Source: a bacterium
GTDB lineage: Bacteria; Hinthialibacterota; Hinthialibacteria; Hinthialibacterales; Hinthialibacteraceae
Reading direction: 5' to 3'
NCBI GenBank assembly: GCA_963662285.2
Contig: CAXXMV010000001.1
Location: 1,056,001 to 1,120,000 of the forward strand
Length of the DNA: 64,000 nt
This document shows positions 50,579 to 61,663 of the stretch, in pieces. The translations under genes and the position numbers were made by a program. The notes beneath the pieces were generated by a model. It was not told where the DNA came from and searched no databases. It saw nothing but the letters and a program-made list of their open reading frames with translations. The stretch's first letter is position 1. Each line of letters starts with the position of its first letter.

Positions 50579-51661
50579 CTAATCTAACTGTTGGGCTTGC
50601 TGAATCAGGTAATGGTCAACCAACACCAAACCGGCCATGGCTTCAACAATGGGAACAGCGCGCGGCAAGACGCAGGGATCATGTCTGCCACGGGGCTTGA
50701 GGATAGTTGCCTTCCCTTCAGAAGAGACGGTTTTCTGCGGTTGCAAAATTGTAGCTGTCGGTTTGAAGGCGACGCGGAAGAAAATGTCTTCTCCATTGCT
50801 GATGCCTCCTTGCACTCCCCCGGAATTATTGCTGCGCGTGCGTATTGTCCCACGAGAATTATAAAATTCGTCGTTGTGCTCAGAGCCTTTCATATTAACA
50901 CATGAAAAACCGCTGCCAATCTCGAAGCCTTTGGATGCGGGGATAGAGAGCATGCCTTTGGCCAGATCGGCTTCCAAGCGGTCAAACACAGGGATTCCCA
51001 AACCTGTGGGAACTTTTCGTATAATGCATTCAATGATGCCGCCAACCGAGTCGCCGTCATGCCTGATTTGATCAATATAATTAAACATCTCTTCAGCGAC
51101 TTTTTTATCCGGGCAACGAACCGGATTCTGCTCAACCTGAGATGCACGGACTTTCTTAGGATCAATCTGCGCCTTGAGGTGATGAACCTGGGATACATAA
51201 GCCACGATTTCCACGCCGCACTGTTGCTTTAATATTTTTTTAGCCAGAGCGCCTGCAGCCACCCGGCCAATGGTTTCACGGGCGCTGCTACGGCCTCCGC
51301 CGCGAAAATCTCTGAAGCCGTATTTCTGGTCATAAGTATAATCAGCGTGCGACGGGCGATAAGCGTCTTGAATCTCAGAGTAATCCTGAGAACGGGCGTC
51401 TTTATTCCATACCATCATTGATATAGGAGTACCCTGAGTTTGGCCTTCAAATACCCCAGAAAGGATTTGAACCGAATCAGTTTCGCTGCGCTGGGAGGTG
51501 ATTTTGCTTTGTCCGGGACGACGCCGGTCCAACTCGCGCTGAATCTCCTTCTCGCTGATCGGGATTCTGGATGGGCAGCCATCGACAATTACGCCAACCG
51601 CGCCGCCATGCGACTCACCCCACGTCGTGATCCGGAATATCCGGCCAAAAGTATTTCCCAT
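50579..51661 (-). CDS. aroC: Chorismate synthase
   Basis: [42 protein letters not shown]. Confidence 0.98.
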   Translation of the reverse strand: MGNTFGRIFRITTWGESHGGAVGVIVDGCPSRIPISEKEIQRELDRRRPGQSKITSQRSETDSVQILSGVFEGQTQGTPISMMVWNKDARSQDYSEIQDAYRPSHADYTYDQKYGFRDFRGGGRSSARETIGRVAAGALAKKILKQQCGVEIVAYVSQVHHLKAQIDPKKVRASQVEQNPVRCPDKKVAEEMFNYIDQIRHDGDSVGGIIECIIRKVPTGLGIPVFDRLEADLAKGMLSIPASKGFEIGSGFSCVNMKGSEHNDEFYNSRGTIRTRSNNSGGVQGGISNGEDIFFRVAFKPTATILQPQKTVSSEGKATILKPRGRHDPCVLPRAVPIVEAMAGLVLVDHYLIQQAQQLD

Positions 51662-51787
51662 TGTAGTCTCCTGAAGAATATGACGTAACGAAAAAAGGAT
51701 ACTGGAAAGATGCCTTTTGCCCTAGAGGAGGACGGCGGGATGCCAGTAATCCTGATGATTTTTGGATGATATTATGACAGAAAAGAT

Positions 51788-52792
51788 TTATTGAGTAGAT
51801 AATGAGAGACCAGAAAAACAGCGTTCCCGGATTTTATTTGCCAGGATTTCAAAATCGCTATAGCATTGATGAACAGCTTGCATATGTGAACCGATAGCCC
51901 CATCAGCAGGTTTCAGATGAAATAGGGGCTTTTTCACTTCCATAGCCATAGGCATCAGACTTCTATAATGTTTTATCATAGCCAGGCAATGATTATCTTC
52001 TTCTACAGAAATTGTACTTTTTTCTGGTTCATCTAAAACATGATTCCTATATTGCGCTGGTATTCTTCTGATCCACTTTTCATAAGCTTTTACTGGTTTA
52101 TTTTGATGAATGGCGTGTTGCAGAACAATGTATCCAACTGGTTCGATGTTGCCTTTAGGCAAAATTAAACTATCTTCAGGATTCTTTAGAATACGTTCTT
52201 TCCATTGTTTCCGCCAATTCTGGATAGTAGGTCCAAGATTTTGTAGTCCTTGAATGGAATAAAGGTCAGGCGCCAGTGGGATAACTATATAGTCTGCTGC
52301 GATAATGGCAGACCGATTGATAGCGCCAAGATTTGGCCCGACATCAATCAATACTAAATCCGTTTCGAAATCCTGCGCTGCGTTGTGCAAAATACGATAA
52401 AAAGCAGATAGAACGCGAAACGCGCTTTCATCACCATCGCTGCATTTAGGCCATTGTTCGCTCAGTTTATCCTCGAACTTTGATAATCCCAGGTCGCCAG
52501 TTATAAGGCCAAAGTTTATATCAACCTGCTCGATATGGATATCGTTGCTAACATCACCAAGCCCGCGTAGAATCGGGTCGATCATGCCTTTGATAGTATA
52601 AGGGTGATGTTCGTCAGGCCATAACTCTTCCAGGCGGTTCTCGCTTAAGCACATGGAAGTTAGGTTGGATTGCGGATCGAGGTCTGCGGCGATGACTCTT
52701 TGACCCATTTCCGCATACATCCATGCCAAATGATAAACCAGCGATGTCTTTCCCACTCCGCCTTTGTTATTGAAAAAAGCAATGGTTTTCAT
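51788..52792 (-). CDS. ParA/Soj-like ATPase (long, orphan type)
   Basis: FFNNKGGVGKT, DLDPQSNLT, LIDVGPNLGAINRS, PLAPDLYS; ATGA overlap with upstream gene. Confidence 0.88.
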   Translation of the reverse strand: MKTIAFFNNKGGVGKTSLVYHLAWMYAEMGQRVIAADLDPQSNLTSMCLSENRLEELWPDEHHPYTIKGMIDPILRGLGDVSNDIHIEQVDINFGLITGDLGLSKFEDKLSEQWPKCSDGDESAFRVLSAFYRILHNAAQDFETDLVLIDVGPNLGAINRSAIIAADYIVIPLAPDLYSIQGLQNLGPTIQNWRKQWKERILKNPEDSLILPKGNIEPVGYIVLQHAIHQNKPVKAYEKWIRRIPAQYRNHVLDEPEKSTISVEEDNHCLAMIKHYRSLMPMAMEVKKPLFHLKPADGAIGSHMQAVHQCYSDFEILANKIRERCFSGLSLSTQ

Positions 52793-53976
52793 GATTGTTT
52801 CCATATAGTAACCAGTACATAATTCTGCTCGAATTCGAATTCCGCCGGAGGATTATTGTTCTCCTTGAGTGATTTTTGAGCCTGTTGAATGCCAATCCCG
52901 AATCTATTTACATATCCCAGTTCTTTCATTGCTTCAGCAACAACCGGATTTCGATAGGATGTTTGACGCATATAATTATCCGGCGTAACTTCGCCAAAGA
53001 GCCCTCCCGGACTATGGATTTCAATACGGTTTGAGAACCAGTTCAATCTTATAGGACTAGTGGAGCCTTCATAATTCCGGTGCATGACGGCATTCATAAG
53101 CAACTCGCGGATAGCGCGTTCAGGGTAGCTGAGAACAGCTCGTTCTTTAAGGATATTCTCAAATTCTGGATGCTGTTGAATCTGTAATAGGATAAATTGA
53201 GCAATATTTTTCAGAACATTTAGTAAATCACCACTGAATTGTTTTTCATCAATAACCTCATCGGTAATTGATTCGCCATTGAAGCGTACAAATTGAATAT
53301 ATGCTCCAGGAAGCCAACGTAAAGGATCTTCAGCAAACAACAAAATCCCTGCGTTGGTGGGACATGAATGTTTTAAATCATAGAATCTAAGAGAATTAAG
53401 TTGATTGATCCAATTACGATTATTCTGTTCAATGATGTCATGCGAAACGGCGTTAGGAAGATATGTAATCAAAAAAAGTTCACGGCTCAATTCTTCGATT
53501 TCGCACCCCAGGCAAGGCCGGGCGTCAAAGGTTACTGCATGAGATATTCTTTTTTCAGAAAGATTTTGTTCATCTAATTCTGTGGCTATGCGGCATGTTG
53601 GGCCAACCCGAATCCATACCTGTCCTTTATAACGCACAGGCGGCAATAATGAAGGAGAAGTTTCAACCACAGCCACATCGCCATCTACAAATGAATGTTT
53701 TTGCACTGTAATTGAAGGGAGTGGTTGTATATTTCCCGTATCTCGAATCGAGGCCAGATCTTTTAGTAATTTATCGGTTAATTCTAATCCAGATAATTCA
53801 GAGGTTTTATCTTTTACGCCAATAAGTAGATACCCCGGCTTAAGGTGGTTGGGGAAATCATTTGAAAAGGAACAAATATTTTTGGCAAACTTGTCTAAAT
53901 CTTTGGTAGAAGTTGTCCGCTCTACACGGTCAGATTCAAGATCGCGAATTATTATTAAAAGTTCTTCGTTGGTCAT
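52789..53976 (-). CDS. Schlafen/AlbA_2 domain plus HATPase_c_4 (RecG C-terminal-like) protein
   Basis: ESDRVE, ICSFSND, GYLLIGVKD; TNAGILLF, YPERAIRELLMNAVMHRNY, SPGG, YRNP, GIGI. Confidence 0.85.
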   Translation of the reverse strand: MTNEELLIIIRDLESDRVERTTSTKDLDKFAKNICSFSNDFPNHLKPGYLLIGVKDKTSELSGLELTDKLLKDLASIRDTGNIQPLPSITVQKHSFVDGDVAVVETSPSLLPPVRYKGQVWIRVGPTCRIATELDEQNLSEKRISHAVTFDARPCLGCEIEELSRELFLITYLPNAVSHDIIEQNNRNWINQLNSLRFYDLKHSCPTNAGILLFAEDPLRWLPGAYIQFVRFNGESITDEVIDEKQFSGDLLNVLKNIAQFILLQIQQHPEFENILKERAVLSYPERAIRELLMNAVMHRNYEGSTSPIRLNWFSNRIEIHSPGGLFGEVTPDNYMRQTSYRNPVVAEAMKELGYVNRFGIGIQQAQKSLKENNNPPAEFEFEQNYVLVTIWKQS

Positions 53977-54087
53977 AATGCTTTAGGGTATTGGAATTGT
54001 CTCATTGATTCAACACATTATGGCATAAAGCAAATAAATTCAAAGCGCTAATTTTCACACACCATATAATCCAAATGTTGAATAATA

Positions 54088-55533
54088 TCAATTTATTTCT
54101 GTTTGGAGTATTCTAGCCAACTGCCGGGCAATCATTTTATGACCAAGTTCATTGGGAAAGGGTGAGTTGTCAGATTGCAGTAAATATGCAAAGGGAATGT
54201 GGTTTAATTGATATACAGGAGAAAGCCAGTATAGGGAATCTTCTTGTTTAGGAGGATTAAAAGAATGAACAAATTGATGATTACTGGTTAATCGTTCGTA
54301 ACCGCCATCATCACTCGTTTGGTTTCCCGCATTATTGAGCAAGAAAGAGAACTGAATTTCAGCAGGTTTATCCAAATTAATTAAATAAGACCAAACCCGG
54401 TCGCGGGCGCGTTCATCGCCATGCGAGCCATCATCATACATAGTTAGTATTTGTGTTTTATCATCTGATTGCAGAAAATTAGCTATAAGGGAGACTCCGC
54501 CATTTAAGGCCTGGGGACTGGAATCATACATACGGATTAAATAGGTTGTTTTAGAATCATCGCTAAAATAATCTACTCCGCTTCGCGCCAGGTTTAGTTG
54601 AGTCTGTTTCCTGCGTCCTTCTCTGGCGCCCTGAGTTTCGAAGTACGAACGAATATCGAGACAAGGAATATGGTATTGATCAGCCAACGATTTGATAGTT
54701 GGCGTTATTTTGAAATTGAGCAGGTTGGAATTTAGCAGTAATGCTTTTCCACCTTGAGCAATATGATGTTCCAGGATGGCGCTGATATAGGATTTGAAGG
54801 AGTTAGTAGATATCTTATCACGCCATTGGTTATCCTTGATCCGTTCGGAAATGAGTTGCTCGATTATAGTATGCATCAGGTTAATTTTTCGCTGAGACAA
54901 CCAATGCCCTAAACTGCTATATTTATCTAATAAATTTTGAATGCCTTGATATCCTCCAGACATCCCATTCTCATTAAAAATCGTGAATATCTCCTCTTCA
55001 GAAAGCCGACTTTCAAATGAATCGAAAAAACCTATAGCCAAGACCAGAACATCGGGTTTAAAGTTATGCACAATACTTTCATATTGTTTTAGCAGATGCA
55101 GAGAGGTAAATCCTGGCGCTGCGAAATTTAGAATTTCATAACACTTATCTTTTTGCCCGATCAAACAGGATTTCAGCATAGCGGGGAAAGTCTTTTCTGC
55201 AGGAAGATTCCAACCAAATGCCAGACTGTCTCCCATTATAGCAATACGCGTTACCTCGGGATTCTTTTCAAGGTGAATCTCGCCCATGCGCATACCTAAT
55301 GTATTAGTCGTAATCTCAATAGATTGGGAGTCGATTGAAGCAAGCGACAAGGAAAGGTTCGGGCGTATTTTGCCGTATGCATCCGTTTGAAACAGTGGCC
55401 TAAAATCATCCTGTAAATAAGTAGACTTAGCCATAACCTCATCGAAAAGAAGCGGACGAAGGATGAGGTCTAATACAATAAGTGATAAAAATCCGATAGG
55501 AACTATATATAATATTAAGCGACGGTATGTCAT
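54088..55533 (-). CDS. SGNH/GDSL-fold protein with choice-of-anchor-X-like insert; catalytic His apparently lost
   Basis: MGDSLAFG, NFAAPG, GFFD; MYDDGSHGDERARDRVWS; DNSPFPNELGH. Confidence 0.72.
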   Translation of the reverse strand: MTYRRLILYIVPIGFLSLIVLDLILRPLLFDEVMAKSTYLQDDFRPLFQTDAYGKIRPNLSLSLASIDSQSIEITTNTLGMRMGEIHLEKNPEVTRIAIMGDSLAFGWNLPAEKTFPAMLKSCLIGQKDKCYEILNFAAPGFTSLHLLKQYESIVHNFKPDVLVLAIGFFDSFESRLSEEEIFTIFNENGMSGGYQGIQNLLDKYSSLGHWLSQRKINLMHTIIEQLISERIKDNQWRDKISTNSFKSYISAILEHHIAQGGKALLLNSNLLNFKITPTIKSLADQYHIPCLDIRSYFETQGAREGRRKQTQLNLARSGVDYFSDDSKTTYLIRMYDSSPQALNGGVSLIANFLQSDDKTQILTMYDDGSHGDERARDRVWSYLINLDKPAEIQFSFLLNNAGNQTSDDGGYERLTSNHQFVHSFNPPKQEDSLYWLSPVYQLNHIPFAYLLQSDNSPFPNELGHKMIARQLARILQTEIN

Positions 55534-55561
55534 TGGCTTCCAATATATGTATACTATAGCG

Positions 55562-55596
55562 ATCCATATTCATGAGCTGTTAGTATGAATATGGAT
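55562..55596. promoter_or_regulatory. 12-bp perfect inverted repeat between divergent genes
   Basis: ATCCATATTCAT, 11 nt, ATGAATATGGAT. Confidence 0.5.
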
Positions 55597-55687
55597 ATAC
55601 AAACTAATAATAAAATGGTTGAGTTCTTGTTCAAGTTTAAAGTTTAAGGCGCTTTTGGATATTGCTATAGTGCTTTAAGGTCAGATA

Positions 55688-55945
55688 ATGAGATTAATAC
55701 AAAAGAAAAAATCCAGGATTTCAAAAGAAAAAAAGACGGTTAAGGTTCATTGCCGCAGTTGCGAATTTTTTTATATCACATGGGATCAACAGCGTCCCTA
55801 TGGATGCCGGGCAATGGGTTTCAAGACTAAAAGTCTTCCATCATGGGTGGTATTTCAAAGTTCAGGCGAGCAATGTCAATCTTTTCTGGTTAAAAAAAAC
55901 AGGGATGAATCCACCAATAACAAGTCTACCAGGCGTAAAAGATAG
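55688..55945 (+). CDS. Small four-Cys metal-binding protein
   Basis: CRSC-x3-ITWD-x3-PYGC...GFK...LPS...SGEQC. Confidence 0.7.
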   Translation: MRLIQKKKSRISKEKKTVKVHCRSCEFFYITWDQQRPYGCRAMGFKTKSLPSWVVFQSSGEQCQSFLVKKNRDESTNNKSTRRKR

Positions 55946-55985
55946 CGCTGGGTATGGATTGCTCAGAAATATCTCTTTACTCTTC

Positions 55986-57257
55986 TTATCCGTTTGGAGC
56001 AGTGATAGTTAGAAGACGGTGGGTAAAAAGTTTTTGAGCTGTTTGAGAAATCTGCTCTGGCGTGACTGCATAAATTTTATCAGGAAAATGATTCGCGAAG
56101 TCCCATCCTAGACCATTGATTTCATAAGAAGCGTAGCAAGATGACTGCCCCATATTAGATTCTAGGGACATGACATAGGTTCCGCATACGTATGTTTTCA
56201 CTCGGTTCAATTCTTCTTCACTGACTGATTCAGTTTTCATTTTCTCAATTTCCATTTCAGTGCAACTCACCAGTTCTGCGCGGTTCTGGGGTGATGTAAC
56301 GGCATAAGCGATAAATGGAGAATGGTCACGCTGGGGAGAGAAGGAAGCGCCGACCTGGTAGCATAAACCACGCTTATCCCTGATCTCGCGAAACAAACGT
56401 GAATCCATAGAACCGCCTAGTATGGCTGAAATAATTCTCAATGGAATGGCTTCTTCATCGCGTAAGCCGCAGCCGGGATAACCGAGCACCAGATATTCCG
56501 CTTCGGAATCACGGTGTTCAATGATTTCCGTATTTTCTTTGATTGGCAAAGACGGTGAATCAAACTCTGGAATACCGCCGGTTTTTCTGCTTGATCGGGC
56601 AGAAAAAACATCCGTGATAATTTTGGGAATATCACTGTTTTCTGCGCCGCCGACTACGGAAATCACCAGATTAGCCGGATCAAAAACGCGATGCGAAAAA
56701 CTGGTTAAATCATCCCGTTGGATATTATCCAGCGTCTCCACCAAACCGATGCTGGGCCAGCTGTATGAATGTGAGCCATAGTAATTCTTACGGAAGATAC
56801 GCATGGTATATTGCATACGGGAATCATCCTGTTCCAGGATGTTCATGCGCACGATTTCACGTTCACGGATCAATTTGTCTTCAGGAAATACCGGGCAATC
56901 CATCAGTTCCAGGACAGTATTCAAATCTTCTTCAAGAAAATCTATTGTAGTCAGAAGATCGACTGCAGAACTATCCTTGCCGGATTCCGCCTTAAAATGG
57001 GCCCCATTACGCTCCAGGTTATCCGCAATCTCCTCTTCGGAATGCTTCTCCGTACCAGCCGATAACATGCGCATGCAGAGATTGGCCATGCCGGCTTTAT
57101 CCGCGTTCTCATGACGGGAAGCCAATCGGCTTAGGATGCGAATAGCCACAATCTGATTAAAAGGATTGGGCGCATATAGCAGAGTAGTTCCATTGGGAAA
57201 CGCCTGGCGGGAGACGGAACGTTTTGGAATGTGGATAGCGGCGGATTCGATAGTCAT
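55986..57257 (-). CDS. M16 (pitrilysin) family peptidase, non-catalytic subunit
   Basis: NG, GMANLCMRML in place of HxxEH, ILGGSMDSRLFREIRDKRGLCY. Confidence 0.85.
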   Translation of the reverse strand: MTIESAAIHIPKRSVSRQAFPNGTTLLYAPNPFNQIVAIRILSRLASRHENADKAGMANLCMRMLSAGTEKHSEEEIADNLERNGAHFKAESGKDSSAVDLLTTIDFLEEDLNTVLELMDCPVFPEDKLIREREIVRMNILEQDDSRMQYTMRIFRKNYYGSHSYSWPSIGLVETLDNIQRDDLTSFSHRVFDPANLVISVVGGAENSDIPKIITDVFSARSSRKTGGIPEFDSPSLPIKENTEIIEHRDSEAEYLVLGYPGCGLRDEEAIPLRIISAILGGSMDSRLFREIRDKRGLCYQVGASFSPQRDHSPFIAYAVTSPQNRAELVSCTEMEIEKMKTESVSEEELNRVKTYVCGTYVMSLESNMGQSSCYASYEINGLGWDFANHFPDKIYAVTPEQISQTAQKLFTHRLLTITAPNG

Positions 57258-57335
57258 AAGATATCTTTTCGTGAGAAGAATAAGCGGGACGCGGTTTATA
57301 CCACGCCCCGCCTGGAAATGGTTGATTCTAGATGC

Positions 57336-58085
57336 TTATTTCTTGGCTTTGCCCTGGTTAGCGACTGCTTCCATGGCTTTCTTGACTTCTTCCTCATCGC
57401 CGAGATAGTAATGCTTGATAGGCTTCAGGTCTTCATCCAGTTCGTAAACCAGTGGAAGCCCGGTCGGGATATTAAGCGCCAAGACTTCTTCTTCGCTAAG
57501 GTTATCCAGATGTTTGACCAAACCGCGCAAACTGTTGCCATGAGCGGCGATAATGACGCGCTTGCCTTCTTTGATGGTCGGCACGATAGTCTCGAACCAG
57601 TAAGGCAGGAAGCGTTCGATGGTGTCTTTGAGACATTCAGTAGTCGGCTGATCTTTTGGATCAAGGTTTTGATATTTTGGATCGTTGCCGGGGAAGCGTT
57701 CGTCCGTTTTCTCAAGTTCAGGAGGCGGGGTATCATAGCTGCGGCGCCAGATTTTGACCTGATCGTCGCCGTATTTTTCGGCGGTTTCAGCTTTGTTTAA
57801 TCCCTGCAGGGCGCCGTAATGACGCTCATTGAGACGCCAGGTGCGATGAACGTCGATCCACATCTGGTCGAGGTTGTCGAGAGTGATCCATAGGGTGCGG
57901 ATGGCGCGTTTGAGGACGGACGTGAAAGCAATATCAAATTGAAAGCCATTTTCTTTCAAAGTTTGCCCGGCTTTATTGGCTTCCATGACGCCTTGTTCAG
58001 AAAGGTCGACGTCATACCAACCAGTAAAACGGTTTTCCATGTTCCAAATGCTCTGCCCATGCCTTAACAATACGATTTTATACAT
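57336..58085 (-). CDS. gpmA: 2,3-bisphosphoglycerate-dependent phosphoglycerate mutase
   Basis: [36 protein letters not shown]. Confidence 0.97.
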   Translation of the reverse strand: MYKIVLLRHGQSIWNMENRFTGWYDVDLSEQGVMEANKAGQTLKENGFQFDIAFTSVLKRAIRTLWITLDNLDQMWIDVHRTWRLNERHYGALQGLNKAETAEKYGDDQVKIWRRSYDTPPPELEKTDERFPGNDPKYQNLDPKDQPTTECLKDTIERFLPYWFETIVPTIKEGKRVIIAAHGNSLRGLVKHLDNLSEEEVLALNIPTGLPLVYELDEDLKPIKHYYLGDEEEVKKAMEAVANQGKAKK

Positions 58086-58179
58086 TTTTATACTCCGGAT
58101 TATCAATGAAATTGTTTTTTTATCTGGGGGTTATTGTCGCTGTCCAGAAGATGTTCGTCAAGCATTATACCCGTGGGCG

Positions 58180-59970
58180 CTATTGGTTGGAGAATCGCTG
58201 CATTCGTTTTACCGTAAGACTGAAGAATAACCAAGAATAACCCAACAGGAAAAGGGATTGGCATAAGACCAGTTTCCACCAAACCCACCCGATGATTGAA
58301 GAAGATACGCCGCGCTTTAATGGCTCGTTATAGCGAAAACACAAGAAAATCGGTGAAATGTAATTGGCCAGTGATTCCCATATAAGTATGGCTGGTCGCC
58401 CGAAAAAGAAGAAGCAGAAACCGAAGCCAAACAAACATAAATATAATAAAAACAAGGCTTGAATATATGAAGCGGCAATAGTTTTTGCGAAAGAAGAGCA
58501 AAAAAGCCCGATGCTGCTAGTCAATACTCCCATCAGAATAAATAAGATGCATGATCCAAAGATGTATTCAGCGGAATTATGCAGAATTCTATATGAACCA
58601 TATTCTGATCTATATATTGTAAAGAACCAAACTAACAGCGGTAATCCATAAGCCGCGCAAAAGCGCCATAGGAACATGGATAATCCAGCCCTGAATTTCC
58701 CCATAACAATCTGTTTCGACGTCTGGGTTGTGGTAATAAGAATGCTCATTGTGTCGCGGTCGCATTCTCTGCGGATTGTCTCAACCGCATAAGGTAAGAT
58801 AAATATGGGAGATATCCATAGCATGACGAAAGGAATCCACATGCGCCACTCTAGAAAAAATGAGAATCGTTTGGGATCGCCTGAGGGGTGAAAATGGAAA
58901 CCAATCAGCATTGCACTAAAGAAAAAAATCAATAGCAGTTGAAAATGGAACCAAAAATTTGCTGTTCCATGCATATATCTTAAATCTTTTATACAGACAG
59001 GATTATGCTGATCGGGGTAGAGTTGTTTTTCCTCAAAAGACAAAGAAGCTATGCGGCGGCTCTCTTTTTTTCGTAAAATTCTTCTGGTTAGACTGGTAAT
59101 ATCAAATTTACGCCGCTTCTTCATTTTAGACAGCGCCCGGATTGCACGCGCAGAAATAATCAATAAAAGTATGAATGTGATAATAGCGTGAGACATGTAA
59201 GGATGCTGAACGCACCAGGGATTTACGATTTCCTTGGGATAAGGAATTCCACTACCTTCAAAAAATACGACAGATAGAACAAATGGCGACGATAAAATCG
59301 GCAAACCATAAAACAATGGAAAAGGTTTATATTTCAAACTGTCTAAAACCATATACCAGGCGCCGCTGAAAGCCGGGAGCACTACGAAATAACCAATGGT
59401 GAGCAAAAAAGTAGAGAATATTGCGGTAGATATTTTTTCGTAATGAATGGAACATGTAATTCCAATTAGCGTAACAATTACAGCGGCTTCGGTTATCATG
59501 CCGAATATGAAATAGATTTCATGCGGCGAGACTCCACCAGCGGTCATGCATAAACCGTAAATGGGAATCAAAGATAGAAGAAAAAGCCAGACATAGAGAA
59601 TGGATGCCAGAAATTTCCCCCACAGGATGCTGCATAGATTTAAGGGAGTCGATATCAACAGATCCCAGGTATCTTTTTCCCGCTCGGTATTAATTCGCGT
59701 TGCGCTGATGAAAGGCAGGATCAAGAGAATCACAAATGCCTGAACCATATTCATGCGCAAGAAAAAAAAGCGACCCTGGCTGGTGAACTGAAATAAATTT
59801 GATTCAGTCTTAATCATATGCCAAAACAACAGGAAAAAATAAAGCGAGAGACTGATAAAGATAAATAACTGAATAAACGAACTGGTTTTGCGTAGATTCC
59901 TGACCAGTTCACGCATAATGATTGGATTATTGAATAAATGAGGCCGCGCATTCCATATTCGTTTTATCAT
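58180..59970 (-). CDS. ABC-2-type permease-like membrane protein with two repeated halves
   Basis: NPIIMREL...EREKDTWDLLISTPL...GKF, repeated as NPVCIKDL...ECDRDTMSILITT...GKF. Confidence 0.8.
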   Translation of the reverse strand: MIKRIWNARPHLFNNPIIMRELVRNLRKTSSFIQLFIFISLSLYFFLLFWHMIKTESNLFQFTSQGRFFFLRMNMVQAFVILLILPFISATRINTEREKDTWDLLISTPLNLCSILWGKFLASILYVWLFLLSLIPIYGLCMTAGGVSPHEIYFIFGMITEAAVIVTLIGITCSIHYEKISTAIFSTFLLTIGYFVVLPAFSGAWYMVLDSLKYKPFPLFYGLPILSSPFVLSVVFFEGSGIPYPKEIVNPWCVQHPYMSHAIITFILLLIISARAIRALSKMKKRRKFDITSLTRRILRKKESRRIASLSFEEKQLYPDQHNPVCIKDLRYMHGTANFWFHFQLLLIFFFSAMLIGFHFHPSGDPKRFSFFLEWRMWIPFVMLWISPIFILPYAVETIRRECDRDTMSILITTTQTSKQIVMGKFRAGLSMFLWRFCAAYGLPLLVWFFTIYRSEYGSYRILHNSAEYIFGSCILFILMGVLTSSIGLFCSSFAKTIAASYIQALFLLYLCLFGFGFCFFFFGRPAILIWESLANYISPIFLCFRYNEPLKRGVSSSIIGWVWWKLVLCQSLFLLGYSWLFFSLTVKRMQRFSNQ

Positions 59971-60097
59971 AATAATAGTATTAGATCAGTTCTCAAAATT
60001 ACATAGGTTAAAGATATAGTTTTGTTAATCTTCATATAAACGGACTACCCCAATTTATATTACAATAATTTACTTAGGTTTTTTTGGATGAGTAGAT

Positions 60098-61635
60098 TCA
60101 GCGCCATGCATAACGCATTTTATTTTGATTGAAACGCGCTATGAGAATAAATATTACGTATTGCAATGCCAACCCAACCACAAATGGCAAAAGGATAGAT
60201 ATTTCTAATGGCTGAAATGAAATCGATAGCAATGCATGGATAGGGGATATACTGGCGATGTAGGGGATCAGAACATTACTTGATTCACGCATCATGAGAT
60301 GCAAGATGTATGGAGCGCCCAACCAAACGAAAAGGCTGGAGAATACCCATAAATTCCCTTCCAACTCATCACTGGAATGAAATCCTAATAATAAACCCAA
60401 TCGCGCTGCAAGGTGTAAAGCCATCCATGCCTGAACGATGAAGCAAAGCGTAACCACTAGAACTGATAGGGGCTGAAAGAAATCAGCGATTATCATCCAT
60501 ATAATAAAGAAAAGCATCATCCATTTTATGGCGATTGTGGGAAGCATGGCGGCGACGCTTTCCTTAGTATCGGTAATCTCAGAGAGAGGAATAAGCGTGA
60601 TTCGCATTGAATCCAGTCTTAAACTGCTCCGCTCATTAAGCATTTCACTCATGGCGTTTAATGCAGCGTAGATTACGCAACAAACCAGAATAATGACAAA
60701 TGGAACACCCAACACGCTATACATGCCCGGTTCGTGTTTCATACAGGCAATCAATACTATAGGAGATAATAAGAATAGAGCGACAATCATAATATCACGC
60801 ACTGTTTGCCGGTGGATTAACGGCCCGCCAATGGTTTGCTGGCGAACCTGTTCCAAAGTCATATATTTTGAGATACCGTCATCATGAGAGAAAATGGTTC
60901 CCTCATCACGCCGCAGAAACGCAAAAAACCGGCTGATAGTCTTGGCGTTGGGATCGCATTGTTTTTCCAAGTCTTCAATGGCGAACGGCGCTGATTTTTT
61001 CGCTTTATGAAATTAATCACCAGGTTGGCGACTGCATATACATAAAGCACCCAAGTGATAAATGGTATATTAATGCTTCCCCATATTGCATGAACAAAGA
61101 AATATACGCTTCCAAAAACCATAAACATAAATGAAAATGTGTAGCCTGTTTGTTGATTAAATTGGGAACCTTCCCATACAGAGAAAATTAAATGAACCCA
61201 TATCACTGGCATCATTAGTATGAATGTTAAGATTGGTGAAATCCATGAAAAGCCCGCCTCCAGCCGAAACAAGCATATAAGTATAGAGGGAATGGAAGCA
61301 AAACAGAGAACCATAGTTATCATAAACGGTGCGAAGGTCATGCCAAAAATCAAGCGTTTTGGCGTAATCGGAGTCGCCAGCAGAAATTCAAGCGTTCCCT
61401 GGCGCATCTCATCCCGTGGAGAGGTTCCAGCAATGATGCAGCCCCACAATGCAGGCCAGAACATGCCAGACAGCGTAATAAGGATAGGCCAAAAGCATGA
61501 GGGATTATTAATCCGGGGTATCTGGGAATAAATTATGAGATGAGTTACATAAGTTAAGATCAATGTAAAAAACGAACCGAGCATAACCCGGCGGTTGCGG
61601 AATATCCTGAAAGAAGCGCGTATGAAACCTATCAT
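60098..61635 (-). pseudogene. Frameshifted paralog of the 61664-63217 permease-like protein
   Basis: ORFs 60859-61635 and 60098-60970 match the N and C halves of the neighbour; frame changes at a T6 run (60995-61000); one extra base restores a 512-aa ORF. Confidence 0.8.
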
Positions 61636-61663
61636 AGCTTACAGAAACTCCAATGCTCTGATC

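Noticed and set aside
51788-52792. Chromosome partitioning locus or replication origin
   Set aside because: No parB, dnaA or gidAB in the window; the protein is longer than Soj and coupled to an AlbA_2 gene.
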